From Aulosira sp. ZfuVER01 (GTDB lineage: Bacteria > Cyanobacteriota > Cyanobacteriia > Cyanobacteriales > Nostocaceae), in contig JAVRCV020000017.1 in assembly GCA_034530615.2 (NCBI GenBank), forward strand, positions 1 through 18,284: a stretch of DNA of 18,284 nt. Direction: 5' to 3'. The translations under genes and the position numbers were made by a program. Of this stretch, positions 8,078 to 16,658 are shown in pieces (the first letter of the stretch is position 1; each line of letters starts with the position of its first letter). The notes under the pieces were generated by a model. It was not told the DNA's origin. It saw nothing but the letters and a program-made list of their open reading frames with translations, and searched no databases.

Positions 8078-8204
8078 CAATACTTGGCGGTTAAGATGCT
8101 TATCTTCCCTAAACTTCCTGATAAAGCAGGGAAGTTTCGCCCCAGTTTTAAGAGGGTTTGGGGGATCTGAGAATTTTATTTAAGTCATTAACCGAACAGT
8201 ATTG
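8078..8204. mobile_element. MITE-like element with 17-bp imperfect terminal inverted repeats and TAT flanks
   Basis: CAATACTTGGCGGTTAA (8078-8094) / TTAACCGAACAGTATTG (8188-8204). TAT on both sides (8075-8077, 8205-8207). Confidence 0.65.
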
Positions 8205-8213
8205 TATTAACTG

Positions 8214-9725
8214 TTAGCTTCCTTCTTGCAACTGTTTAAATGGGTCGAGTAGAAAATCAATAATCCGACGCTGGCGTACTATTACTTCTGCTGTTGCTGT
8301 ATCGCCAGGACGTAAAGGTGTACATTGATTTTTACTAGGTATACAATTAATATTCAGGGAAATTTCTAAGTTATATGCAGCAACTTTTCCATTAGGTGTA
8401 TCAACTTCTAATGTAGTCGGTGAAATTTCTACTAATTCCCCTTCAATAATTCCATAATCTTGAAACGGATAGGCATCAAATTTAAGTTTTACTGGCAATC
8501 CTTTACGCAAGGAACCACTTTCAGATGTTGGCATTTGTGCCCGAACAATCAAAGGTGAACCTTCTGGAGCAATCTCTGCAACCATTGTTCCCGGTTGGAC
8601 AACTGCACCTGGACGTTGAATTGGTAGTTGAAATACTCTACCTGCAATGGGAGATTTTAAGACTCGTTGCTGTAATTGCAATTGCAAGCTGTTTATTTGA
8701 CTATTAGTTTGAGCAATTTCTGCTTGTAATGTTGTCATTTCTGTGTCTAAATTATTTAATTGTTCCTCACTTTTAAGTACAGCCAGTTTTCCAGAATGAG
8801 TTAAGGTTTGATAACTTCGTCTTTGTTCTTTTAAGCGTAAATATGCTTGTTCAATTTCTGCCTTTGCTTGACGAATGGTGCGCTGATAGCTGCTTTGTTG
8901 TTCCGCCAAACGTAGATTGGCTTGTTTAATATCTGATTTGCTTTGTTCGTATAATCTCTGTCTTTCTTTGGCTATATCTTGCTTATCTACAACATTAATT
9001 TCTGGAATAGCACCTGCTTGTTTAAGTTTGCTGTAGCGTTCTACTTCCCTTTGGGCACTTTCTAAACTATTTTCTAATAATTTATTCGCAGTTTGAGTTT
9101 GTTCAATAGATTGTCGTGCCTGATTAACTTGGGTTGTTTTTTCTTCTTGTTGAATTTCATAGGAATTTTTTAAAGCTGTTAAATTTTGCTGTACCTGCTC
9201 GATTTGGGCTTGTTTTTCTAACTCTTGGGCTTGATTTTGTTGGCGTTGAGTGGCTAAAGATACAACGATCTGATTTTTCAGCAGATTTAATTGCGATCGC
9301 CTATTTAATTGCCCTTCTAATTTTTCCTTACTTTGACGCAAGTCAGACTTCACTAATTCTGAATCTAATATCAATACAGGTTCTCCAGGCTTGACTAGAT
9401 CGCCTTCTTTGACTGGGATAGAAGTGACTGTCCCAGGTACAGCGCTATCTAATTTAAATGTTTTACCCTTTGGCTCCAGTCTTCCCCTAGCTGTGCCAGT
9501 TTCATCTACTTTAGATAGCATTGCCCAAGGCAGAGAAATAGAGATAAAACTGAGCAGAAAATACAACATTCCCCTTGTCCAAACTTGGGGTAATCCATCA
9601 AGTAAATCTTTAGTATGCTCAGACAAATCATTGGGTAATTGAGTTACGTTTGGAGAGGGATTTCCTGGTTCTTTATATTCATTAATTGCAGTTGCTAATT
9701 TACTGTTTAATATCTCAGACATCAT
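8214..9725 (-). CDS. hlyD: HlyD-family membrane fusion / periplasmic adaptor protein
   Basis: 503 aa. N-terminal TM segment, ARGRLEP, VKEGDLVKPGEPVL, a long Gln-rich coiled coil, LKSPIAGRV, KFDAYPFQDYG and LRPGDTATAEV. Confidence 0.93.
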   Translation of the reverse strand: MMSEILNSKLATAINEYKEPGNPSPNVTQLPNDLSEHTKDLLDGLPQVWTRGMLYFLLSFISISLPWAMLSKVDETGTARGRLEPKGKTFKLDSAVPGTVTSIPVKEGDLVKPGEPVLILDSELVKSDLRQSKEKLEGQLNRRSQLNLLKNQIVVSLATQRQQNQAQELEKQAQIEQVQQNLTALKNSYEIQQEEKTTQVNQARQSIEQTQTANKLLENSLESAQREVERYSKLKQAGAIPEINVVDKQDIAKERQRLYEQSKSDIKQANLRLAEQQSSYQRTIRQAKAEIEQAYLRLKEQRRSYQTLTHSGKLAVLKSEEQLNNLDTEMTTLQAEIAQTNSQINSLQLQLQQRVLKSPIAGRVFQLPIQRPGAVVQPGTMVAEIAPEGSPLIVRAQMPTSESGSLRKGLPVKLKFDAYPFQDYGIIEGELVEISPTTLEVDTPNGKVAAYNLEISLNINCIPSKNQCTPLRPGDTATAEVIVRQRRIIDFLLDPFKQLQEGS

Positions 9726-9752
9726 GTCTCCTTTGAGTTTAAATTTGGGAGT

Positions 9753-9857
9753 TATAGCAATCCTATTTCATTTGTAAAAATATCGCTGTTGATTGTTAGA
9801 AATTGTGTTGCAACGGTGACTGTATGCAATATTTTAGTTTTTCATTTATGACTGCTA
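9753..9857. repeat. Degenerate MITE-like remnant
   Basis: Left end TATAGCAATCCTATTTCATTTG has partial inverted similarity to TCATTTATGACTGCTA at the right end. Confidence 0.3.
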
Positions 9858-9898
9858 GATGAGTTAAAAATTAGGAATTCAATTCTCCTATCCTCAAG

Positions 9899-12634
9899 TT
9901 ATACTGATGCGTCTAACTGTTGTTGATTGAGATAGAAATAATGTCCGCGTTTAGTCATCAATTCTTGGTGAGTTCCACTTTCAATTAACACACCTTTATC
10001 TAATACCAAAATCAAATCGGCATTTCTGACAGTGGAAAGACGATGGGCAATCACTAAGGTAGTTCTTCCCTTAAGAATAGTATTAAAATTCTTCTGAATA
10101 ATCCGTTCCGATTCTGTATCTAAATGAGAAGTTGCCTCATCTAAAATTAATAATCGAGGATTGCCTAATAAAGCTCTAGCTATGGCAATTCTTTGCTTTT
10201 GTCCTCCAGACAGCATCCCTCCACCTTCACCAATTTGGCTTTCATAGCCCATTGGCAACTTTTTAATAAACTCATCAGCACCGGCTTGAGTTGCTGCTTC
10301 GATAATTTCTTCTAATTTTGCGCTGGGATGTCCTAAGCTAATATTTTCCCGAATTGTACTACCAAATAAAAAGGTATCTTGGTCAACTACTCCCACTTGT
10401 TGACGTAAGGAACGTAAGGAAATACTGGTAATATCACATCCATCAATTAAGACTTTGCCATCGCTTGGTGGATATAAGCCTAAAACTAACTTAGAAATCG
10501 TAGTTTTCCCCGAACCACTGCGACCGACTAATGCTACCATTTGTCCTGGCTGAATTTGAAAACTAAGATTTTCAATCACATTTCTATCGCTTTCAGAGTG
10601 ATAGCGAAAGCTGACGTTTTCAAAACGGATGTCACCTTGAATCAAAGGTAAATTTTGTCGGATTTGATGTTGTAAATTCTCCTCTGGCTCTGTGTCTAAT
10701 ACATCATTAATGCGTTCCATTGCAATGACAACTTCCTGTAATTGGTTCCACAATACTGCTAAACGTTGGAAAGGGGAAATAATAGTCCCTAGCAGCATAT
10801 TAAATGCTACAAGTTGCCCAATCGTTAGCTGATTCTGAATTACTAAATGTGCCCCAAACCATAGTAATGATGTAGTTGCAATTGCTTGAATAGAATTACT
10901 AAAAATTTGTAAGCGATTGCTAATAACTTGTCCAGAAAAACCAGTTTTAACTGCTTTGTGTAATAACTCTTCCCAATGCCAGCGTACCGTTTGTTCTACA
11001 GATGTAGATTTAATTGTTCGCACACCAGAAATAGCTTCAATGAGATAACTACTTTCTTGGTTATAAGCACTAAATATTTCCCTGGAATTCTTCTTTAAAA
11101 AGGGTGTAGCAATCAACGCCAATAAAAAGAATGGCGGTACAATAACTAGAGAAAGTAAAGCCATTTTCCAACTGTACCAAAACATCAATCCTACATAGAT
11201 AAATACAGTGAGTAAATCTAATAGAATTGATAATGCTTCACCAGAAAGAAAGCGTTGAATTTTGCGGTTTTCTTGGACGCGAGAAATAATATCGCCAACA
11301 TAACGAGTTTCAAAGAAACTTAAAGGAAGTTGTAGGGTATGACGGATAAATCCGACAATCAAAGCTACATCTAGCCTATTAGCTGTATGGTCTAGTAAAT
11401 ATTGCCGCAAACCAGTTATTGCTACCCGAAATAGATTAAAAATGAGCAACCCTAAACCTACAGCCGTTAAGGTCAACTCAGAACGCTGCACCACCACTCT
11501 ATCGAGAATAAACTGGGTAAATAAGGGGGTGATGAGTCCAAATATTTGGATAAATAGGGAAGCAAGAAATACTTCCAGCAACACCAAGCTGTGTGGTTTA
11601 ATTAACTCAAAAAATTGCCAGAAGGGTGTTGTAGTCTCTTCTGTATCCTTTAAAAGGGCTGTGGGTTGCAGAAGTAATGCATATCCAGTCCAATCTGCTT
11701 TAAATTCGCGATGAGTGAGGGTACGCTGACCAATGGCGGGGTCTGCAACTATGACATATTTCTTGGTGATTTCATAGACAACTATATAATGCTTCCCTTC
11801 CCAGTGAACGATCGCAGGTAATTGTTGCTTCCCTAATTGGTCGAGACTGGCTTTTACTGGTCTAGTGTTAAATCCGATACTTTCTGCTGCTACTGACAAT
11901 CCTCGCAGAGATGCACCGTTGCGGTCAACATTAGCAATATCTCGCACACGATTAACACTAAAGCGTTTTCCCCAATAACGAGACACCATCACCAAACAAG
12001 CTGCACCACAGTCTGATGAACTCTGTTGGGCAAAAAATGGATAGCGTTTAGTTACGCGCTGCCATAAATGCCCTACTCTTTGAGTGGGGTTAGGAAAGTA
12101 GGCTTTGCCGATCTTTTTCTGTGGATTACTTGCTGTTGCTGGGGAAGCACTCGTCGGTTCTTCCCGTTCAGCAAGCTGGCGTGGGACATCGGGAGATGGG
12201 GGTTCGCTGTCAGACTTAACTAATAGGGAATTTCGTGCTTGTGCCTGGGTGCGTAAATGTTCGTAAATTTGTGGATACTTAGCTATCAATTGCGACAGCA
12301 CTTCACTGGGAAGAAAAGCCAGGTGTAAGTTAACACTTGCTCTGGCTGCATAAGGTTTAAAACCTGCTTCCTGAAACAAGGTAAATTCACCAAACGATCC
12401 TCCTAACTCCAAGGTTGCAATCAGTTCGCCTGCATCATCAAGCAATCTAACTTTGCCTGCAAGCACAATATAAATACCTGGTTCAACGTCTGTTCCTTGC
12501 CAAAATTTTCCTACCTTGGGGGTAAGAGATTTAACTTGTTGAAGGCAGTGCTGTAAGTCTTCTGAGGAGAGAGAATAACCTAAGACAGTGCATAATTGCT
12601 GCAAAGACAGCAACTCTGATAGATTTTGCGCCAT
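9899..12634 (-). CDS. lanT: Peptidase-containing ABC exporter (cNMP-binding-like N-domain, C39 peptidase, TMD, NBD), LanT/HlyB type
   Basis: 911 aa. C39 motifs QQSSSDCGAAC, HWEGKHYIVV and VADPA. Walker A GRSGSGKT, signature LSGGQKQR, Walker B ILDEATS, H-loop IAHRLST. N-terminal GIYIVLAGKVRLL...GSFGE...YAARAS resembles a cNMP-binding fold. Confidence 0.95.
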   Translation of the reverse strand: MAQNLSELLSLQQLCTVLGYSLSSEDLQHCLQQVKSLTPKVGKFWQGTDVEPGIYIVLAGKVRLLDDAGELIATLELGGSFGEFTLFQEAGFKPYAARASVNLHLAFLPSEVLSQLIAKYPQIYEHLRTQAQARNSLLVKSDSEPPSPDVPRQLAEREEPTSASPATASNPQKKIGKAYFPNPTQRVGHLWQRVTKRYPFFAQQSSSDCGAACLVMVSRYWGKRFSVNRVRDIANVDRNGASLRGLSVAAESIGFNTRPVKASLDQLGKQQLPAIVHWEGKHYIVVYEITKKYVIVADPAIGQRTLTHREFKADWTGYALLLQPTALLKDTEETTTPFWQFFELIKPHSLVLLEVFLASLFIQIFGLITPLFTQFILDRVVVQRSELTLTAVGLGLLIFNLFRVAITGLRQYLLDHTANRLDVALIVGFIRHTLQLPLSFFETRYVGDIISRVQENRKIQRFLSGEALSILLDLLTVFIYVGLMFWYSWKMALLSLVIVPPFFLLALIATPFLKKNSREIFSAYNQESSYLIEAISGVRTIKSTSVEQTVRWHWEELLHKAVKTGFSGQVISNRLQIFSNSIQAIATTSLLWFGAHLVIQNQLTIGQLVAFNMLLGTIISPFQRLAVLWNQLQEVVIAMERINDVLDTEPEENLQHQIRQNLPLIQGDIRFENVSFRYHSESDRNVIENLSFQIQPGQMVALVGRSGSGKTTISKLVLGLYPPSDGKVLIDGCDITSISLRSLRQQVGVVDQDTFLFGSTIRENISLGHPSAKLEEIIEAATQAGADEFIKKLPMGYESQIGEGGGMLSGGQKQRIAIARALLGNPRLLILDEATSHLDTESERIIQKNFNTILKGRTTLVIAHRLSTVRNADLILVLDKGVLIESGTHQELMTKRGHYFYLNQQQLDASV

Positions 12635-12669
12635 GAAATCCTGAATTTCTACTTACTTTTTATGTGTAT

Positions 12670-13269
12670 TTATTTTTCTGATTCCAAAAGAAAAAATCCG
12701 GTAAAATTACGTGAATTTTCGGATTTGAGGTCAGAGATTAAGATTTTTTGTCCTGCGGTCTTCTCTGTATTTTCACCTTTAGATGGGCTGGGTTTGGGGA
12801 TTGTTGATAATCCCATTTGTTTGAGGACTCGCTTGAGGTGGCGATCGCTAACTTCAATTCCTAATTCTTTCGCTAAATGCTTTTTCAACCAGCTGACTGT
12901 CCAGCGTCTAAACCCATAGCCATAATCGCGGGGACTTTGGGAAAGCAACTGTTGTAAGCGTTCTAAATATTCCTGACTAATAGCTTTCGGACGACCAAGA
13001 GGACAATCCTGCCATTGGTGCGCCATCCCCGTCCGGGCAATGTGCATCCAATGCCGTGCTGTCGCCGGACAACATGCTAAGGTCTGACAAATTTCCGTTT
13101 GGGTTTTGCCGTCATCCGCCAACAACATAATTTCTATTCGCTGACGATAAGACTCAGACAAATCCTCTTGCAGGTTTTTTTGCAGCAGTTTGCGCTGAAA
13201 TGGTGTTAAATACTTACCTGCCCCAATATTTGGGATATCAACTTCAGGTTGCTCAAAATCTTTTGACAT
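12670..13269 (-). CDS. Helix-turn-helix protein resembling the DNA-binding half of IS630 transposases (no DDE domain); putative regulator
   Basis: 199 aa. RQRIEIMLLADDGKTQTEICQTLACCPATARHW (HTH), GRP linker, SPRDYGYGFRRWTVSWLKKHLAKELGIEVSDRHLKRVLKQMGLS (winged HTH). Ends 35 bp upstream of the exporter start. Confidence 0.8.
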   Translation of the reverse strand: MSKDFEQPEVDIPNIGAGKYLTPFQRKLLQKNLQEDLSESYRQRIEIMLLADDGKTQTEICQTLACCPATARHWMHIARTGMAHQWQDCPLGRPKAISQEYLERLQQLLSQSPRDYGYGFRRWTVSWLKKHLAKELGIEVSDRHLKRVLKQMGLSTIPKPSPSKGENTEKTAGQKILISDLKSENSRNFTGFFLLESEK

Positions 13270-13342
13270 TACAGTATCGGCTGTTATTCCCTATAGATTG
13301 ACTGATAAACTTTTATGCACCCTGAAAGTTAAAGTAGATATA

Positions 13343-13357
13343 ACCGTAAAATACGGT
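13343..13357. promoter_or_regulatory. Palindromic candidate operator upstream of the HTH/export operon
   Basis: ACCGTA-AAA-TACGGT, extendable with a 1-nt bulge to AGATAT...ATATCT (13336-13363). Confidence 0.4.
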
Positions 13358-13583
13358 ATATCTTAAGTTTTGTTTAATACTCTGTAGAATACAGACGCAA
13401 GTTTTTTGCACCCAAAAGTCAATACTTTGGGAATTGATACTGGTAACTACACAGATAATAAATAATTTTCCGTAAAATTTTATTGATTCAACTAGCTGCA
13501 TTGATTAAAAGGGTATGGGTATCGGATACCAACCCCAAGTCTGGATTGGCCAGCAATACATCCATGACCTCAAGCCCCCGTAA

Positions 13584-13687
13584 TACCATTTCACTTTAAT
13601 ATTGATACACATAGGCAGCAGGGGGCAGGGTGCAGGGGGAAAGAATTAGAGATTCATCATGTGTATCAGGTATTTCGTGAAATGGTA
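13584..13687. mobile_element. MITE-like element with TAA duplication and internal heptamer repeats
   Basis: TACCATTTCAC / GTGAAATGGTA perfect terminal repeats, TAA at 13581-13583 and 13688-13690. Inner TGATACACAT/ATGTGTATCA. GCAGGGG-GCAGGGT-GCAGGGG at 13618-13638. Confidence 0.75.
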
Positions 13688-13828
13688 TAAGACGCAGTTG
13701 CTAAAAGCGATCGCTCATGTACATACCGCGATAACCATCACTGAACAACTGCTTCTGCAATTGATTTGGGGCGATCGCTACATTAGTCCATCATCACTGG
13801 CAGGATAGCACCCACAGTTTTCTGAATA

Positions 13829-14635
13829 CTAACTGCCAGTAGAACAGTAGTATCGCTCGCCTACTTTCCAAAGCTGAAGCGCAACTATCAGAAAGAGAAT
13901 TCCTGCGATTGGCGATACGTAACAAAACCATAAAGGCACTAAAAAATTATCTTCTTTTTCAAGTACTGCGAGCAGAGGAAAATAGCTGACGCAGCCAAGC
14001 GGTATCAAGAAGGTAAAAAATCGCTGAAACCATTTGCTATAAATTGAAAGCGGATATTGAGCAGTTTCAACTCCTCCATAAGTGAGGATATTCATAATTT
14101 CTAGCGATTCAATAGTCCAGAATGTCAGGGTTGCTTGCACAATCACGATACCAACAAATAGTGCAACCCCACCAATAAATGATGTACCCAAAAGCCAAAA
14201 TGTTTTAAAAGTAAAAGGAATGTATAGCGTTGAAAGCGACCACGCCATCAACACAATTCCTTGAGCAACTCGTCCGATTCGTTTAAAGGTAAATTCTGTG
14301 CCTAAAAGTTGCAGTACTGTAGTGCGTGGACGAAGCAGTAAACGGTCGAAATCACCACTTTTAATTATTTTTGTAAAATAATCAAACCCTTTTCCCAGAG
14401 CATCAGCACAGGCAAAAGAAATATTAATCATGCCATAAAACAGCGCAACTTCCGCAAGAGTCCACGTACCAATACTATTAAAGCGAGAAAATAATGCCCA
14501 AATTCCGAAAAATTCAATAACAGTTACTAAAAATTGCCCTAATACTTGCAGCCAAAAGGACACTTGATACTGCATTTGCGACTTGAAAGATACAGAAATA
14601 TATCGAAAGTAAAGCCAAAAATTGTTCACACTCAA
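13829..14635 (-). CDS. ABC-2 family exporter permease (DUF990-like)
   Basis: 268 aa, hydrophobic, with IKSGDFDRLLLRP and QYPLSIY. Start is TTG 14635 or GTG 14629, after AGGAG. Confidence 0.9.
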   Translation of the reverse strand: MSVNNFWLYFRYISVSFKSQMQYQVSFWLQVLGQFLVTVIEFFGIWALFSRFNSIGTWTLAEVALFYGMINISFACADALGKGFDYFTKIIKSGDFDRLLLRPRTTVLQLLGTEFTFKRIGRVAQGIVLMAWSLSTLYIPFTFKTFWLLGTSFIGGVALFVGIVIVQATLTFWTIESLEIMNILTYGGVETAQYPLSIYSKWFQRFFTFLIPLGCVSYFPLLAVLEKEDNFLVPLWFCYVSPIAGILFLIVALQLWKVGERYYCSTGS

Positions 14636-14668
14636 TTCGCTCCTCTCACGCTAAATTACGAATTATTT

Positions 14669-15487
14669 TCATCCGCCTTGAATTACCAGCTTGCTTACAC
14701 CACGCTTCACAAGAAAACGTCCAAGGATAATAATGACGACTATCCAAATAATTTGATGAAGCAATACGTTAAACAGGGCATTTGGTGGCAGATTACCTGT
14801 AAACAGACGAAAAGGTTTATCAAGTAATCCTGAAAAAGGAAGGACATTTAAAATCGGCTTGATCCAATCAGGAAAAAGTGGCAGAGGCACTATCATTCCA
14901 GAGAAGATAGTCAGAATAGGCGGGAAAACACTATTAATTCCTTCGCCAGAAATTGTCCACATCATTGATATAGTAAGAAGCATAGTCAATGTAGAGGAAA
15001 GTAGAATTGCACCGATAAAGGCAAGAAGAAAAGCACCAAAAGCAGCAAATGAAGGTGGAAAAGTAAGCGATCGCTCTGTTAGCCCTACAATAGGTAAAAG
15101 AAAAATTGTGACGCTAAGAAGCGGAATACCACGCAGTATCAAGGGTGCTGTACGCATTGCTAAAGCGCGAGTAAACCAAAAATTATAAAGGTCGGTGGGT
15201 CGCAGCAGGTCATATCCCACTCCACCAGTTCGGATTAATTCTTGAATTTCGCGATCGCCTGACCAAGGTACAATTGCTACCAGAAACGCTTGCCCAAGCC
15301 ACACATATCCTACAGCTTCGTGTAAAGTCATCGGTTGAGTAGTGGTTGCATGAGTGAAAAATGCTTCCAGAACCATCACTTTCACAAATCCCCAAAAAAA
15401 CTGAGTTCCCACTCCAGCTAAAGCAGCAGTACGATATTGCAACAGCAGTGCAAATCTCGCCAAAAACAGCGACCAGTATGCTGTCAT
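14669..15487 (-). CDS. ABC-2 family exporter permease (DUF990-like)
   Basis: 272 aa, with IRTGGVGYDLLRP, FSGMIVPLPLFP and C-terminal LVIQGG. ATG overlaps the ATPase stop (ATGA). Confidence 0.9.
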   Translation of the reverse strand: MTAYWSLFLARFALLLQYRTAALAGVGTQFFWGFVKVMVLEAFFTHATTTQPMTLHEAVGYVWLGQAFLVAIVPWSGDREIQELIRTGGVGYDLLRPTDLYNFWFTRALAMRTAPLILRGIPLLSVTIFLLPIVGLTERSLTFPPSFAAFGAFLLAFIGAILLSSTLTMLLTISMMWTISGEGINSVFPPILTIFSGMIVPLPLFPDWIKPILNVLPFSGLLDKPFRLFTGNLPPNALFNVLLHQIIWIVVIIILGRFLVKRGVSKLVIQGG

Positions 15488-16476
15488 CCTAAAATTTCTC
15501 CTGAGTTGGCATAAAGTTCCGCAACTATCTCCTCAATTGGTGGGTTTTCCACAAACAGATCCTCTACTTCGTGTTTTGAGGTAACTTGGCTAATCAGGGA
15601 TGCAGCAGAAAGCTTTGTGGGATCGAAAGCCAGAGTGACTGTGCGACCTTGTTTTGAGATGATACTAACTCCCTCTTCTGCAAACAAAAAATCATCGTTT
15701 GCTAAGTCGATTCTTAAATAACGCCGTGAGGAAACTTGAGAACGCAACGTTGCTAGAGTTCCATCACAAAGAATTTCACCGCCACCAATAATAATGATGC
15801 GATCGCACAACGCCTCAATATCATCCATATCATGGGTAGTTAAAATGGTGGTGACTTGATGCGTTTTATTCAGCGTTTTGATAAATTTTCTCACAGCCAG
15901 CTTGGAAACTGCATCTAGCCCGATAGTAGGTTCATCAAGAAACAGAATCTCAGGCCTGTGTAGCATTGCGGCTGCAAAATCACATCGCATCCTTTGTCCA
16001 AGGCTTAATTGTCTCACAGGAGTAGAGAGAAAGCTCTTGAGATCCAGCAAATCAATCATTTCATCCCGTGTTTTGCCATACTCAGAATGGGGAACGCGAT
16101 AAATATCCCGCAACAAATCGAAAGACTCAATTACTGGCAAATCCCACCATAGTTGCGTTCTTTGACCAAAAACTACTCCAATTCGCTCAACATGACGGAT
16201 TCTATCTTTCCAAGGAGTGCGTCCGTTAATGATGCATTTGCCACCGGAGGGTACTAAAATACCACTTAAAATTTTAATAGTAGTCGATTTACCTGCGCCA
16301 TTTGGGCCGATGTAGCCTACAAGTTCTCCCTGCTGTAGTGAGAAGGAAACTCCTTTGAGTGCATGAACTTCTCTAGTTTTTCGCTGCACCAGTCCTTTGA
16401 TTGAACCTAAAAGCCCGGAGGAACGTTCAGACACAAAGAAAGTTTTCTTGAGGTCTTCGACAAGAATGTGAGACAT
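15484..16476 (-). CDS. ABC-2 exporter ATP-binding subunit
   Basis: 330 aa. GPNGAGKST, VFGQRTQLWWDLP, LSLGQRMR, FLDEPTIGLD and TTHDMDDIE. Confidence 0.95.
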   Translation of the reverse strand: MSHILVEDLKKTFFVSERSSGLLGSIKGLVQRKTREVHALKGVSFSLQQGELVGYIGPNGAGKSTTIKILSGILVPSGGKCIINGRTPWKDRIRHVERIGVVFGQRTQLWWDLPVIESFDLLRDIYRVPHSEYGKTRDEMIDLLDLKSFLSTPVRQLSLGQRMRCDFAAAMLHRPEILFLDEPTIGLDAVSKLAVRKFIKTLNKTHQVTTILTTHDMDDIEALCDRIIIIGGGEILCDGTLATLRSQVSSRRYLRIDLANDDFLFAEEGVSIISKQGRTVTLAFDPTKLSAASLISQVTSKHEVEDLFVENPPIEEIVAELYANSGEILG

Positions 16477-16658
16477 ATATTATTGGAATGCAACCTTTTA
16501 CATTGTTAATGTATCGGCATGGTAGTTATTCGGAATGGCGATCGCTTGTTATGAGATATTGTCGCTCATTAAGTAAGCTCTAACTAGGTATTTATGTTAG
16601 CTTGGGGAATTTAGCCTCAACTTCGTTTAGATTAGGCTAGTATAGACGTAATTTTGTT

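Noticed and set aside
12670..13269. Active or frameshifted IS630 element
   Set aside because: No downstream DDE ORF and no terminal inverted repeats seen.
13313..13501. 62-aa - strand ORF upstream of the HTH gene
   Set aside because: No motif or clear RBS; it overlaps the probable promoter and palindrome.
3374..16102. Short antisense ORFs (3374-3592, 8525-8707, 9134-9394, 9391-9642, 11442-11714, 12626-12919, 14082-14264, 14546-14827, 14859-15188, 15878-16102) and the nested ORF 15210-15395
   Set aside because: They overlap well-supported genes and show no motifs.
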